64,000 bases of DNA from Chitinophagales bacterium (GTDB lineage: Bacteria; Bacteroidota; Bacteroidia; Chitinophagales; CAIODY01). Positions within the stretch are counted from its first letter, which is position 1, and each line of letters starts with the position of its first letter. The stretch spans positions 389,040 through 453,039 of the forward strand of contig CANGEV010000001.1 of NCBI GenBank assembly GCA_947452995.1. The letters are read 5' to 3'. Under the pieces are notes generated by a model. It was not told the origin of the DNA. It worked only from the letters and a program-made list of their open reading frames with translations, and did no database searches. This document shows, in pieces, positions 19,519 to 29,142 of this stretch. A program made the position numbers and the translations under genes.

Positions 19519-20324
19519 TATTTATCTTTTACTTGTTGTGCTAATTTAAAAAATAGTTGATGAGAAAAGGCTTTCAGACGAAGTAACAAAGTTTCGTTTT
19601 GCGCGATAATTACTTCAAAACGTCCTTTATTGGAAGCTTTAAGAATTTGACTTACGCATTTATCTACTGGAATTCCATTTTGTTGTCCGGCATCCATTTG
19701 ATTATGCGAAGTTCCATCACCTTTCATTGCGTTCATAGAAATTGGAGTTTGCACTCTACCAGGACAAGCCATCGTGATTCTCAATCCATGCTTATAGTTC
19801 TCTACTTGCAATGATTCAAAAAAACCATGTAATGCGTGTTTGGAAGCGGCATATGCAGAACGTTGGAAAAAGCCAAATTTACCAGAAAGGCTACTCAAAA
19901 CAATTATTCGCGGGACCTTGCATTTGAACAACATTGGTAGTAGTCCTTTCGTGAGTTGTATAGCAGAGAAATAATTGACCTCCATTAAATAGCGATCTAC
20001 CTCTATACTTGTTTCAGCGGCAAACCCTCTCTGACTTAATCCAGCGTTATTTATTAATAAATCGACGTGTGCCTCGGCACGAGATAATGTTTGAACCAAT
20101 TTTTCTACTTGCTTTGATTTAGACATATCACAGGTTAGGCAAATAGATGATGCGCCTTTCAAAGCAGCCTCGTGTGCTACTTTTTCAAGACGCGGCATAT
20201 CTCTTCCAACAAGATATAATCGTGTTCCGCTTTTGGCTAGCTGCAAAGCAAACTCTGCTCCTATACCGGAACTTGCGCCTGTTATTACAACAACTCTATC
20301 GGCTCTTAATTTTTGACGATGCAT
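19518..20324 (-). CDS. SDR-family oxidoreductase
   Basis: Rossmann motif VVVITGASSGIG, NNAG, and the catalytic YAASK (YxxxK). The stop overlaps the VOC start by 1 nt (TAATG). ATG at 20324 preferred. Confidence 0.88.
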   Translation of the reverse strand: MHRQKLRADRVVVITGASSGIGAEFALQLAKSGTRLYLVGRDMPRLEKVAHEAALKGASSICLTCDMSKSKQVEKLVQTLSRAEAHVDLLINNAGLSQRGFAAETSIEVDRYLMEVNYFSAIQLTKGLLPMLFKCKVPRIIVLSSLSGKFGFFQRSAYAASKHALHGFFESLQVENYKHGLRITMACPGRVQTPISMNAMKGDGTSHNQMDAGQQNGIPVDKCVSQILKASNKGRFEVIIAQNETLLLRLKAFSHQLFFKLAQQVKDK

Positions 20325-20343
20325 AAGGTATAAAGATACTAAA

Positions 20344-21807
20344 TTATCGACGTTGCTGTAATTGCAGTTTTGCCCACCGATCATAATCAATGAGATCGGC
20401 ATCTTCAGGTAAGCTACTATCACGATTACTTATAAATTCTTGCAGCTTCTTCTTCCAATCTTTCACAAGTTTTGGTTTGGAAAGCATTCCTATAAGGCTT
20501 AACATTTCTCTTTGACGTAGACCTTCTATACTATCAAATTCAGATTTAAACTGACGAAGTATTTGTTTGTTTCGATAAAGGATAATATCAAATTCTTTTC
20601 TCTCCAATCGAATCATCAACTCAAGGACTGCTAATTTCAGCTGCAACAATGGCGCGGCTTTTTTAAAACTACTTCTAGTGCTTAAATCAATAATGTGATC
20701 AATTGCTTTTTCATAATTTTTATCGCGATAGTGAAGAATAGCGAGATTAATGAGCACAAAATGAAAGTAAAAAGATTCTGACTGAATTTTCTTTTCAAAT
20801 TTCAGCTTTTCCAGTAAGCTAATGGCTTGTATAGGATCGATAACAGAGTAATTAATAATAAGTGCGTTGTAGTAAAAAATCAAATACTTATCCTCCAGCA
20901 TTCGATCAAATTTTTCCATCTCATTTTTAAGTGCTCCTGCGGCCTTCAATGACTGCGTATATCTTCCATTTTTAAAAAGCGCATTCACCCAATAGGTATG
21001 CATTTTAAGCGCTATTTCATGATGCGTCTTATCAAACCATTTCTTCTTCTTAAAAAGTACAATGGCCTCTTGTGCGAAGGTTTCTAATTTAACATAGTCA
21101 TGTTGCTGCAACAATATCTGACTAATCGCATCAAAAAACTTCACTTGAAATACACGTGAATTTTTCCATTCGTTTTCGAAGGATGTCTTTTTTAGTAATT
21201 GCTCTAAATATTCATAGAGCGTTGTATTTTGTTGGCCATAATTCTGACTAACCTTCAAATCGAAATGAATTTGCGCAAGAACTTGATCAAGTGCGGCAAT
21301 AGGCTCGTTCTTTTGCGCATTTAAAAAACGCTTAGCAATTATTTCCTTCGGATTTGCCGTAGTATAATCTGCAGCTAGTTTGATTTGTTCATTTAATATT
21401 AAGTCGATTAGGCTGAAATGTTCTTCTTTCTCTGCACTACGCTCTAGTTTGTTAAGGTAATAGGCGGCAACTTTATAATTTTTACGGCTATAGTGATGTT
21501 CATAAATCAAGAGACCATATAATAATTTCATGGATTCATCTTCCTCCATATGTTGTACGACTAGACTTTTATTCACGATTGCTAACAACCTATTTTTCAA
21601 TCGATAAAAGCTATTCATTCCTGCACTTTTACCGTACCACTTTTCGGCAATTAAACGTTCGTTAATCGACTCACCTTGATCACGATAGAGATCAAACAGT
21701 TCTTTATCTTTTCGTGTAAAAGAATAATCTTGACGGTCTACAAACAAGCGAAAAAAGCGAACTTCTTCTTTCGTCATTTGCGCAATTATTTTGGCTAATA
21801 AATCCAT
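20344..21807 (-). CDS. all-helical (TPR-like) protein of unknown function; first gene of the SDR/VOC operon
   Basis: 487 aa with no signal peptide or TM segment. Composition is helical-repeat-like. The N-terminal MTKEEVRFFRLF segment resembles conserved Bacteroidota hypothetical proteins, from memory only. Confidence 0.45.
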   Translation of the reverse strand: MDLLAKIIAQMTKEEVRFFRLFVDRQDYSFTRKDKELFDLYRDQGESINERLIAEKWYGKSAGMNSFYRLKNRLLAIVNKSLVVQHMEEDESMKLLYGLLIYEHHYSRKNYKVAAYYLNKLERSAEKEEHFSLIDLILNEQIKLAADYTTANPKEIIAKRFLNAQKNEPIAALDQVLAQIHFDLKVSQNYGQQNTTLYEYLEQLLKKTSFENEWKNSRVFQVKFFDAISQILLQQHDYVKLETFAQEAIVLFKKKKWFDKTHHEIALKMHTYWVNALFKNGRYTQSLKAAGALKNEMEKFDRMLEDKYLIFYYNALIINYSVIDPIQAISLLEKLKFEKKIQSESFYFHFVLINLAILHYRDKNYEKAIDHIIDLSTRSSFKKAAPLLQLKLAVLELMIRLERKEFDIILYRNKQILRQFKSEFDSIEGLRQREMLSLIGMLSKPKLVKDWKKKLQEFISNRDSSLPEDADLIDYDRWAKLQLQQRR

Positions 21808-21882
21808 AGCAAAGTCCTTAAATTAAAGATCCAAGTTAAAATTAAGGATAAAATTTGATATTTTGGACGCGTAAGATTTTCT

Positions 21883-21890
21883 TAATTTTG
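21883..21890 (+). promoter_or_regulatory. -7 promoter box (TAnnTTTG)
   Basis: TAATTTTG lies ~55 nt upstream of the ATG at 21945. Confidence 0.3.
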
Positions 21891-21944
21891 TACTTCCTTT
21901 TCATTAAAAGGGTATTAAATTTGAAACATCAAACAGCACGAAAC

Positions 21945-22634
21945 ATGTTAAAACGCATTTACTTATTAGCAATTTTGTTGTTACCAACCTTAGCGTGGTC
22001 ACAACCTAATTTGCGTGTTATTGCGTCGACCCCACCATATATTTCATTCCCTTCTATTGTAAGTGTTTCTCAACCTGGTACTAATTATAGTTTTGATGTA
22101 GTTACCATTAACACAGGCAATTCAGTTTTTACCGGAAGTGTTGACTTTTTAATCAAAGCGGGAAACGGTCCGATTGACACACTTGCTTTAAATGTGCCAA
22201 TCACAAACCTTAACCCATTAACAGATACCTTTCCCTATGTAGTTTTAAATTATGTTCCGGACCCGCAACATTTTCTAGTCCCTGACGATATTGTTGTTAT
22301 TTGGCCGCGTGTTCAAAGTGTAGACAGTTTCCAAAACAACCAAATTCTCATTGACAGTTTCACGCAAAGTGTGCATGTCAATTTCTTTACCGGTATTGAA
22401 AGCATTCAACCAAACAACCACATTGTTTTTGATGCCGGTATTAACAAAATATTTCTAGGAAGTTCTCTCCTTAATAATGGAGTCTTTCAATTACATAATT
22501 CATTAGGACAAATAGTATTCACTTGTGAGACTACTAAAGAAATTCAACTGCCTTTTTCACTCAGCACAGGGGTATACGTAGCTGAAGTGATCCAAAATCC
22601 TAACAGGGTGGTCCAAAAAATCAGCATACACTGA
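21945..22634 (+). CDS. small secreted protein with a T9SS type-A C-terminal sorting domain
   Basis: Signal peptide MLKRIYLLAILLLPTLAWSQ. The C-terminal ~70 aa (FQLHNSLGQIV...GVYVAEV...QKISIH) are CTD-like. ATG at 21945 preferred. Confidence 0.55.
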   Translation: MLKRIYLLAILLLPTLAWSQPNLRVIASTPPYISFPSIVSVSQPGTNYSFDVVTINTGNSVFTGSVDFLIKAGNGPIDTLALNVPITNLNPLTDTFPYVVLNYVPDPQHFLVPDDIVVIWPRVQSVDSFQNNQILIDSFTQSVHVNFFTGIESIQPNNHIVFDAGINKIFLGSSLLNNGVFQLHNSLGQIVFTCETTKEIQLPFSLSTGVYVAEVIQNPNRVVQKISIH

Positions 22635-22643
22635 TTTTAGAAA

Positions 22644-22674
22644 AGGGGCGGAAACTACACCGCCCTTTTTTTTT
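22644..22674. terminator. bidirectional rho-independent terminator
   Basis: AGGGGCGG / CCGCCCT stem with an 8-nt loop, flanked by AAAA upstream and TTTTTTTT downstream. It sits between convergent genes. Confidence 0.75.
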
Positions 22675-23641
22675 ATTTCGTACGTTCTATCGTATAGGTT
22701 ATTAGTTGGGTAAGCGCATCGCTATACTGGTTTTGAGGACATTTTGCGACGGCCATTAATGCGTTTTGATAGTATTGATTCATTTTATTTTTAGCATATT
22801 CCATCCCTCCGAGTGCAACAACTTTTGCAATCAACCAATCAACTTTTTGCTTATCTGTATTATGACGTTTAACAACCTGAATCATTTCGCGTCTCAACGA
22901 GCTGTCTGCCTGTTGTAGTGCGTAAATAAGTGGCAGGGTCATCTTTTTCTCTTTGATGTCAATATGAGTAGGCTTACCAACATCCGCATCTGCGTAATCA
23001 AAAAGATCATCCTTGATTTGAAAGGCCATACCAACATCTTCGCCTATTTGATAGAATAGTTTTACTGTCTGTTCGTCGGCACCCACTGAGGCAGCGCCAA
23101 TAGCGCAAGACGTTGCAATTAAAGAAGCTGTTTTGCCTTTGATGATATCATAATAGACTTCTTCATCAATATCTAAACGTCGCGCCTTTTCAATTTGTAA
23201 TAATTCTCCTTCACTCATTCTTTTCACGGCATTACTTACGATTTGCAGCATATCAAAATCGCCATTATCTACCGCAAGCAATAAACCTTTAGACAATAAG
23301 TAATCTCCTACTAAAACCGCAATTTTATTTTTCCAAAGTGCATTGATACTCCAAAAACCACGTCTTTGATAGGAATCATCGACTACATCATCATGCACTA
23401 AGGTGGCAGTATGTAGCAATTCAATCATAGAGGCTGCACGATAGGTACGATCAGCTATTTTTCCAGTTGTCCCTGCACTCAAAAGAACAAACATCGGACG
23501 CATTTGCTTGCCTTTACGACGAACAACATACTTCATTACAATATCCAAAAGAGAAACCTTACTCTTAAGGGCATCATCGAAATAATGCTCAAACTCTTTC
23601 AGTTCAGGAGCAATAACAGATTGAATCTTCGAAACAGACAC
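22673..23641 (-). CDS. polyprenyl diphosphate synthase (long-chain trans-prenyltransferase, IspB/HepT-like)
   Basis: First and second Asp-rich motifs LVHDDVVDDS and FQIKDDLFD. 322 aa. GTG start. Confidence 0.9.
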   Translation of the reverse strand: MSVSKIQSVIAPELKEFEHYFDDALKSKVSLLDIVMKYVVRRKGKQMRPMFVLLSAGTTGKIADRTYRAASMIELLHTATLVHDDVVDDSYQRRGFWSINALWKNKIAVLVGDYLLSKGLLLAVDNGDFDMLQIVSNAVKRMSEGELLQIEKARRLDIDEEVYYDIIKGKTASLIATSCAIGAASVGADEQTVKLFYQIGEDVGMAFQIKDDLFDYADADVGKPTHIDIKEKKMTLPLIYALQQADSSLRREMIQVVKRHNTDKQKVDWLIAKVVALGGMEYAKNKMNQYYQNALMAVAKCPQNQYSDALTQLITYTIERTK

Positions 23642-23694
23642 GAGCGTTAATTAAAATGCAAATCTACTAGAAAATAGGCAGTATTTTCGCTTTA

Positions 23695-25416
23695 TTACTT
23701 GATTATCCGTTGGTGATAAACCTGATTAGTGGGACTACTAGCTATCACAATAAATACCCCTTTAGGATTAAAAGCTAAGGGATCTCCTTCCGTAATATTA
23801 TTTAGCTCAAGAACTAACTGCGCAGATTCGTTATAGATTTGACAATTCATAAGATTTTGGCTAAAAACCCATTGCCCTTCTGGACCCAGTTTCATGATTT
23901 CTGCCTCCTTATTCAACTCTACGTTATTACCTACATTTGGAACCACAAAATCACCCCAGTTCTCATCGGCTCCGACATCTATAGACGTCCCATTTATTCT
24001 GCCTTGACCGTCATAATCAAAATTTCCTAAGTCAGCATTCCACAACATAGTCCCCTTATTAATAGCAGGAGAAGTATTAAATAAATGGAGGTTAAAGGAG
24101 GTAATCGATTCATCAACTAACAGTGGTAAGACAAAATCACTGTTAAGATCCTGACCGCTAACACTTTTATAATATCCTAGGCCATTGCAATATTGATTAT
24201 CCCAAACAAAATTCATGGCTACAGGAATGGCAAGGGGCGAGGCAAATAAATTATAATCAAATACAAGATAGGAGCTTGTAGAGCCTTTCCAATCTGTATA
24301 AATGAAATTAGCGGCATTACCCGCATAGATCAAGTTATTGACTAGGACAAGCGAGTCGACCGGAAAGCACGCAATCTCATAGGAGTTCCCCAAAGAAGCG
24401 TTTTGAAATAAGGAATTATTAAGGACTTTAACCTTATTCACTAAACCGCCAATGGGCGTATTATAAACTCCAATATTCAATCCTGATTGATGATTATGTA
24501 CGATGTAATTATTACGAACAATATGACTTGCGGAGACGGTATTCAGTTTATTAGCAGTTATGCTTATAGCCATATCATTTTCAGCAATAAAATTCCTATC
24601 GACCACTACATTTCTACACGAATTAATTGTAACAGCACTTTGATAAGTGCCGGGTACAAGATTATAATTCGAGTCGATTTTATTATTGCTAATTACCACG
24701 TCACGAACGTAGTCGTACATTGGCTTTTTTGAAACGCTATCAGCACCACTACAAATGATGGCAGCACTTTTACAATTATGTATGCGTGAATGACTAATCA
24801 TTATGTCGTGTATGTTTCCATTCAACACAATCCCATTCGACATATTAAACGATACGTCTCCGAAATCACAACTATCAATTAAGACATGATGAACACCTGC
24901 CGAAGTTGTATCATCGCCCCAAAAGACAATCCCATTCGAACTTGGGTTGCGCATATTATTAAACTGACATTTTTTGATAGTAATATGATGCGAGTTTTTG
25001 CCGAAACCAATTGCAGATTGGTAGGCAGCAGCAGTATTATCATTAAATTGAAATATTAAATTTTCTAAGCGTATATATGCTTGTCCATAAAACGTAAAAA
25101 TATTCCAACCAGTAGTGCCCGCCGCATCAATAATCACTTTTTCATTTTGATAAGGACGCATTACAATCTCATTGGCTGGAGTTCCCGTAGTATAAGGAAT
25201 AATTCGTTCGTGATAAGTACCTGCTTTTATATAAATAGTAGTCCCAGAAATAGCGGTATTAGCGGCTTTTTGTATCGTCTTAAAAGGCGTACTCAGTGAG
25301 GTCCCGGAATTTGCATCATTTCCTGAAGGAGCTACATAAAGGGAATTTTGCGCCAATGCATTTTCTAAAAAAAGAAAATGAAAGAGAAAAAGGATAACGT
25401 AAGCGGGATTTCGCAT
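23695..25416 (-). CDS. secreted right-handed parallel beta-helix protein (pectate-lyase fold) with a T9SS-like C-terminal domain
   Basis: Signal peptide. N-terminus LYVAPSGNDANSGTSLSTPFKTIQKA is typical of DUF1565/beta-helix proteins. Repeated Asn/Ile-rich rungs follow. The C-terminal ~70 aa are CTD-like. Confidence 0.6.
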   Translation of the reverse strand: MRNPAYVILFLFHFLFLENALAQNSLYVAPSGNDANSGTSLSTPFKTIQKAANTAISGTTIYIKAGTYHERIIPYTTGTPANEIVMRPYQNEKVIIDAAGTTGWNIFTFYGQAYIRLENLIFQFNDNTAAAYQSAIGFGKNSHHITIKKCQFNNMRNPSSNGIVFWGDDTTSAGVHHVLIDSCDFGDVSFNMSNGIVLNGNIHDIMISHSRIHNCKSAAIICSGADSVSKKPMYDYVRDVVISNNKIDSNYNLVPGTYQSAVTINSCRNVVVDRNFIAENDMAISITANKLNTVSASHIVRNNYIVHNHQSGLNIGVYNTPIGGLVNKVKVLNNSLFQNASLGNSYEIACFPVDSLVLVNNLIYAGNAANFIYTDWKGSTSSYLVFDYNLFASPLAIPVAMNFVWDNQYCNGLGYYKSVSGQDLNSDFVLPLLVDESITSFNLHLFNTSPAINKGTMLWNADLGNFDYDGQGRINGTSIDVGADENWGDFVVPNVGNNVELNKEAEIMKLGPEGQWVFSQNLMNCQIYNESAQLVLELNNITEGDPLAFNPKGVFIVIASSPTNQVYHQRIIK

Positions 25417-25506
25417 AACACAATTTAAACATAAAGCTTGATTTTTTCAACATTGGTTACATACTATTCGTTGAGATACGCGTACCTTTAAAAGATAATT
25501 AGAATT

Positions 25507-27609
25507 ATGGAAAACAATACTTGCGAATGGTCGATTGATGGTATGACTTGTCAAACCTGTTCCTTAAATGTGAAAAAGGTTTTGGAAGAGGCAGGCTATA
25601 CAGAAGTGAAAGTAAGTTTGGCGACCAAATCTGCACGATTCAACCTGAACAGCAAGGTGAATGAAAAGCAGGTTAAGAATCTTTTAAAGAAAAGTGGTTA
25701 TACTGTTTTAACAGCAAATAAAGGATTGACAAGTAATAAAAATTTAGCCCTTAAATTTTGGATAACTGCAATACTTACAGCTCCCCTATTAATACATATG
25801 TGGGTAAATTGGCATTGGCTTCATCAGGCATTTGTTCAGTTTATATTAGCTACCCCTGTCTTTATTATTGGATGGCAGACCTTTGGTCGCGGCGCTTTTT
25901 ACTCGATGAAAAAAGGTTCGACCAATATGGATGTATTGATCCTGATGGGTGCTACCGCAGCGTATAGCTACAGTATCGTAAATTGGATAAGCGGGGACAT
26001 GCATAGTATGTTATATTTCGAGACGACGGCATCCATTATATGTTTTGTTTTATTAGGTGAATTCATTGAGGACAGAAGTATTCATAAAACCAATGAAGCC
26101 TTACGTGCATTAATGCAATTGCAGGAGCCAAGAGCGAAGTTATGGTCGAAAAACCTACAAAATGGACAAATAGAAATTCATGAAATAGAAGCGGCGCAGA
26201 TTGCACCTGGTGATCGACTACAAATTAATACCGGTGATCGTATCGCAACAGACGGGAGCGTCTGGGAGGGAGAAATAGTTGTAGATGAATCGATGTTGAC
26301 GGGCGAAAGCAATCCCATTTTAAAAAAAATGGGAGATCCTGTAACTGGAGGAACAATGGTTATGGATGGAAGTGCTGTAATGAAGGCGCAAAATGACATT
26401 AAAAATAATCGCCTTGCACATATAATAGAATTAATGAAACAGGCACAAAGTGATTTACCGCCTATTCAAAAATTGGCAGATAAAATTTCAGCTTGGTTTG
26501 TGCCAACAGTCTTAATTATAGCGACGATCGTACTTTTAAGTTGTCTTCTTTTTTTACATTATTCCTTTGCAGATAGTATTCTAAGAGCGATTGCAGTTAT
26601 GGTAATTTCTTGTCCTTGCGCAATGGGTTTAGCAACTCCTTTAGCTGTGATGGCAGGAGTTGGCAAAGCCTCTCGTTATGGTATTCTCTTTAAAGGAAAC
26701 CAGCATATGCAAGCCTTAGCTGACTCCAAAACGTGGTTAATGGATAAAACAGGGACACTTACGCAAAACTCATTTAATCCTAAAGATTTTAATTGGAATG
26801 AAGAGCAGTTTTCACTTGTCAAAAGTATGGAAACGCATTCTTCGCATCCCATTGCGAAGGCTATTGTTAATGCGTTGAAGGAATACCCTACGCTAGTGTT
26901 AAAAAACATTCAAGAAGTAAAAGGAGAAGGTCTAAAGGCGAAGGATTCTGAAGGACGTAAAATCTGCTTAGGGACAACGGCATTAGTTGAAAACGCGACA
27001 GCTTCAGCGTTTCCTATCAATTTATACATTGATGGCGTTTGGCAATTAGGATTCTCAATGGAGGAGCAATTGAAGAATGGCGCGGTAGAATTGATTCGTT
27101 ATGCTAAAAGCAAGAACATTAAAGTAGTTATGTTAAGCGGCGACAAAAAAGAACGTTGCATGCGTATAGCGAATCTATTGGGAATCGAAAATGTTTTGGC
27201 GGAACAAAAGCCCGAAGACAAATTAGTAAGTATTAGAAAATATAGAGATGCGGGCCCTGTTGCGATGTTAGGAGACGGAGTAAATGATGCGCCGGCTCTA
27301 GCTGCCGCTCATGTCGGCATTTCAATACATGCTTCAACTGCCACAGCTATGGAAAGTGCACATATCATTTTGATGCACGACGACATTGCCTTACTTGCAG
27401 ATGCACATGCCATTGCGAAGTCGACTATGCGAACTATTTATACAAACTTTGGTTGGGCCTTGCTTTATAATATAGTTGCAATCCCTGCGGCAGCTTTTGG
27501 TTTTATTGCGCCGCTTTGGAGCGCATTAAGTATGACAGGCAGTGATGTAGTTTTGGTAATTAATTCACTAGCTTTGAATCTTATTCCAATTAAGAAAAGA
27601 AAGAAGTAA
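25507..27609 (+). CDS. heavy-metal-translocating P1B-type ATPase (probably Cu+-type)
   Basis: HMA domain GMTCQTCSLNV, TM CPC motif (SCPCAMGLATP), DKTGTLT, SSHPIAKAI, GDGVNDAP. The YN and M-x-x-S motifs in the last TM helices suggest the CopA subgroup. Confidence 0.88.
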   Translation: MENNTCEWSIDGMTCQTCSLNVKKVLEEAGYTEVKVSLATKSARFNLNSKVNEKQVKNLLKKSGYTVLTANKGLTSNKNLALKFWITAILTAPLLIHMWVNWHWLHQAFVQFILATPVFIIGWQTFGRGAFYSMKKGSTNMDVLILMGATAAYSYSIVNWISGDMHSMLYFETTASIICFVLLGEFIEDRSIHKTNEALRALMQLQEPRAKLWSKNLQNGQIEIHEIEAAQIAPGDRLQINTGDRIATDGSVWEGEIVVDESMLTGESNPILKKMGDPVTGGTMVMDGSAVMKAQNDIKNNRLAHIIELMKQAQSDLPPIQKLADKISAWFVPTVLIIATIVLLSCLLFLHYSFADSILRAIAVMVISCPCAMGLATPLAVMAGVGKASRYGILFKGNQHMQALADSKTWLMDKTGTLTQNSFNPKDFNWNEEQFSLVKSMETHSSHPIAKAIVNALKEYPTLVLKNIQEVKGEGLKAKDSEGRKICLGTTALVENATASAFPINLYIDGVWQLGFSMEEQLKNGAVELIRYAKSKNIKVVMLSGDKKERCMRIANLLGIENVLAEQKPEDKLVSIRKYRDAGPVAMLGDGVNDAPALAAAHVGISIHASTATAMESAHIILMHDDIALLADAHAIAKSTMRTIYTNFGWALLYNIVAIPAAAFGFIAPLWSALSMTGSDVVLVINSLALNLIPIKKRKK

Positions 27610-27614
27610 AGTTT

Positions 27615-27935
27615 ATGCTAGTCTATAATGTAACAGTTAAAATTGATCAACGTGTGGAACAAGAGTGGTTAGAATGGATGAAGGGCAAGCACGTCCCCGA
27701 TGTTATGCAAACGGGAAAATTTATCAATTATCGTATTAGCAAAATCGACCAAGTAGAAGAACCTGACGGATCTAGCACCTATTCTTTTCAATACTTATGT
27801 GCTGAACGCAGTCTTTTGGACGACTACCTAAACAATCATGCAAACGAGCTTCGAGAGGACGTGCTTGCAAAATATGGCAATCTATTCATCGCATTTAGAA
27901 CAATCATGGAGATTGTACATGAAGGAGATTATTAA
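27615..27935 (+). CDS. DUF4286 family protein
   Basis: 106 aa. MLVYNVTVKID...EWLEWMKGKHVPDVMQTGKF matches my memory of the DUF4286 signature. Confidence 0.6.
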   Translation: MLVYNVTVKIDQRVEQEWLEWMKGKHVPDVMQTGKFINYRISKIDQVEEPDGSSTYSFQYLCAERSLLDDYLNNHANELREDVLAKYGNLFIAFRTIMEIVHEGDY

Positions 27936-28276
27936 TCTTCTTCCATCATCAAAAAATGCATTGCCCGATGTAAAAGCGGTGCAAGTATAACACCTATCGT
28001 AGCCACAAAAACGACTCCACTAAATATTGCATAAAAAGAGGCAAACAACTTTCCTGCGTCATCAGATATCGGGTTCATTGGCCCCATGCCTGATAAGATC
28101 ATGGATGCGTTCAACAAAGAATCAATCCACGAATAATGACAAAATTGATGATAGCCTAGCACTCCAATGCCCAATCCTACAAACAAGAGAATAATTCCAA
28201 ACAATACATTCCAAATCATTCTATTTGTAAAGGTTCGTGCGCTTGCAAGCGGCTGGTGCTTTTTTTCGTATGCCAT
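27932..28276 (-). CDS. small 2-TM membrane protein with a pore-loop-like segment (minimal ion-channel-like)
   Basis: 114 aa. TM1 is VLFGIILLFVGLGIGVLGY. A short helix plus loop WIDSLLNASMILSGMGPMNP follows. TM2 is LFASFYAIFSGVVFVATIGVILAPLL. Confidence 0.45.
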   Translation of the reverse strand: MAYEKKHQPLASARTFTNRMIWNVLFGIILLFVGLGIGVLGYHQFCHYSWIDSLLNASMILSGMGPMNPISDDAGKLFASFYAIFSGVVFVATIGVILAPLLHRAMHFLMMEED

Positions 28277-28308
28277 GGCCCAAAAATAAGATTAATCGAT
28301 AAAATTCG

Positions 28309-28316
28309 TACTTTTG
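28309..28316 (+). promoter_or_regulatory. -7 promoter box (TAnnTTTG) 4 nt upstream of an ATG
   Basis: TACTTTTG ends at 28316 and the ATG is at 28321. Confidence 0.3.
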
Positions 28317-28320
28317 ATTT

Positions 28321-29142
28321 ATGAGTTTCTTACGGCCTATACAAACCTTAAAAATCGGCGACCTTGATCGTATTCAGTGGGAGTTGAAAGAATTGGAATT
28401 GTGGGTAGAAATAAATGAGAGCTCTGTTGTTTATATATTGGCTACTGCTAATAAATCTACGGTTCATTTTTTAGGTGAATATCAAGCAACCGAGCCGTCA
28501 ACATTTAACCATCCAGCACTTTTACAACCGATATTTGAACAAGATCCTGTCTTTATTAAGATGAAAGGACGCACAGTACATATTAGTCATTCTTTAAGTC
28601 CTTTTAGTATCCTGCCGAATGATATCAGTTTGATTCAAGATCCTGAAAAGGAATGGCAGACTTGCAATATTTTAGCTGACACCAACTTACAAGTTGCTTT
28701 TTACACGCCTAATCAGGTGATGTCAGCTGTTCAAAGTTATTTACATCCTAAAACAATCTCGCACCGTGTGGAAGGGTTGTTTAAATGGATGTTTAAACAC
28801 ATTGAAAGTTCAGAACAACGTGTTTTTTTAGATATTAGTGGAAGGACCTTTTTTATATTATTGTTTAGAAACAAACAATTGCTTTTTGCAAATCAATTTC
28901 AATTCAAGGCTCCGGAAGATATTGTTTACTTTTTACAATTAGCGTATCAACAACATGCAGGCTTTGATGCAGAGAAAGACACACTGTATGTTAGTTCTAA
29001 TATCAGACAAGACTCCTTAGTGTTTATGACCTTACTAAAATTCTTCCGCTATGTTGAACTAAGCGGGACGGGGTGGGCAAATAAGGGAGTTCAACAATGT
29101 AGCGCTCAAAGTTATCTTGCTTTACAAGGAACATTTTCATGA
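28321..29142 (+). CDS. DUF3822-like protein
   Basis: 273 aa and cytoplasmic. It lies immediately upstream of, and overlaps (ATGA), rsmD. I remember this as the usual DUF3822 context in Bacteroidota. Confidence 0.45.
   Translation: MSFLRPIQTLKIGDLDRIQWELKELELWVEINESSVVYILATANKSTVHFLGEYQATEPSTFNHPALLQPIFEQDPVFIKMKGRTVHISHSLSPFSILPNDISLIQDPEKEWQTCNILADTNLQVAFYTPNQVMSAVQSYLHPKTISHRVEGLFKWMFKHIESSEQRVFLDISGRTFFILLFRNKQLLFANQFQFKAPEDIVYFLQLAYQQHAGFDAEKDTLYVSSNIRQDSLVFMTLLKFFRYVELSGTGWANKGVQQCSAQSYLALQGTFS

Noticed and set aside
25477-25484. An 8-bp palindrome TACGCGTA upstream of the P-type ATPase gene, considered as a possible metal-regulator operator.
   Set aside because: It is too short to distinguish from chance, no regulator gene is adjacent, and there is no second half-site.
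27932-27935. Convergent genes sharing a palindromic TTAA that holds both stop codons. The same occurs at 31577-31580.
   Set aside because: This is a trivial consequence of TAA stops on both strands in a compact genome. There is no evidence of regulatory significance.
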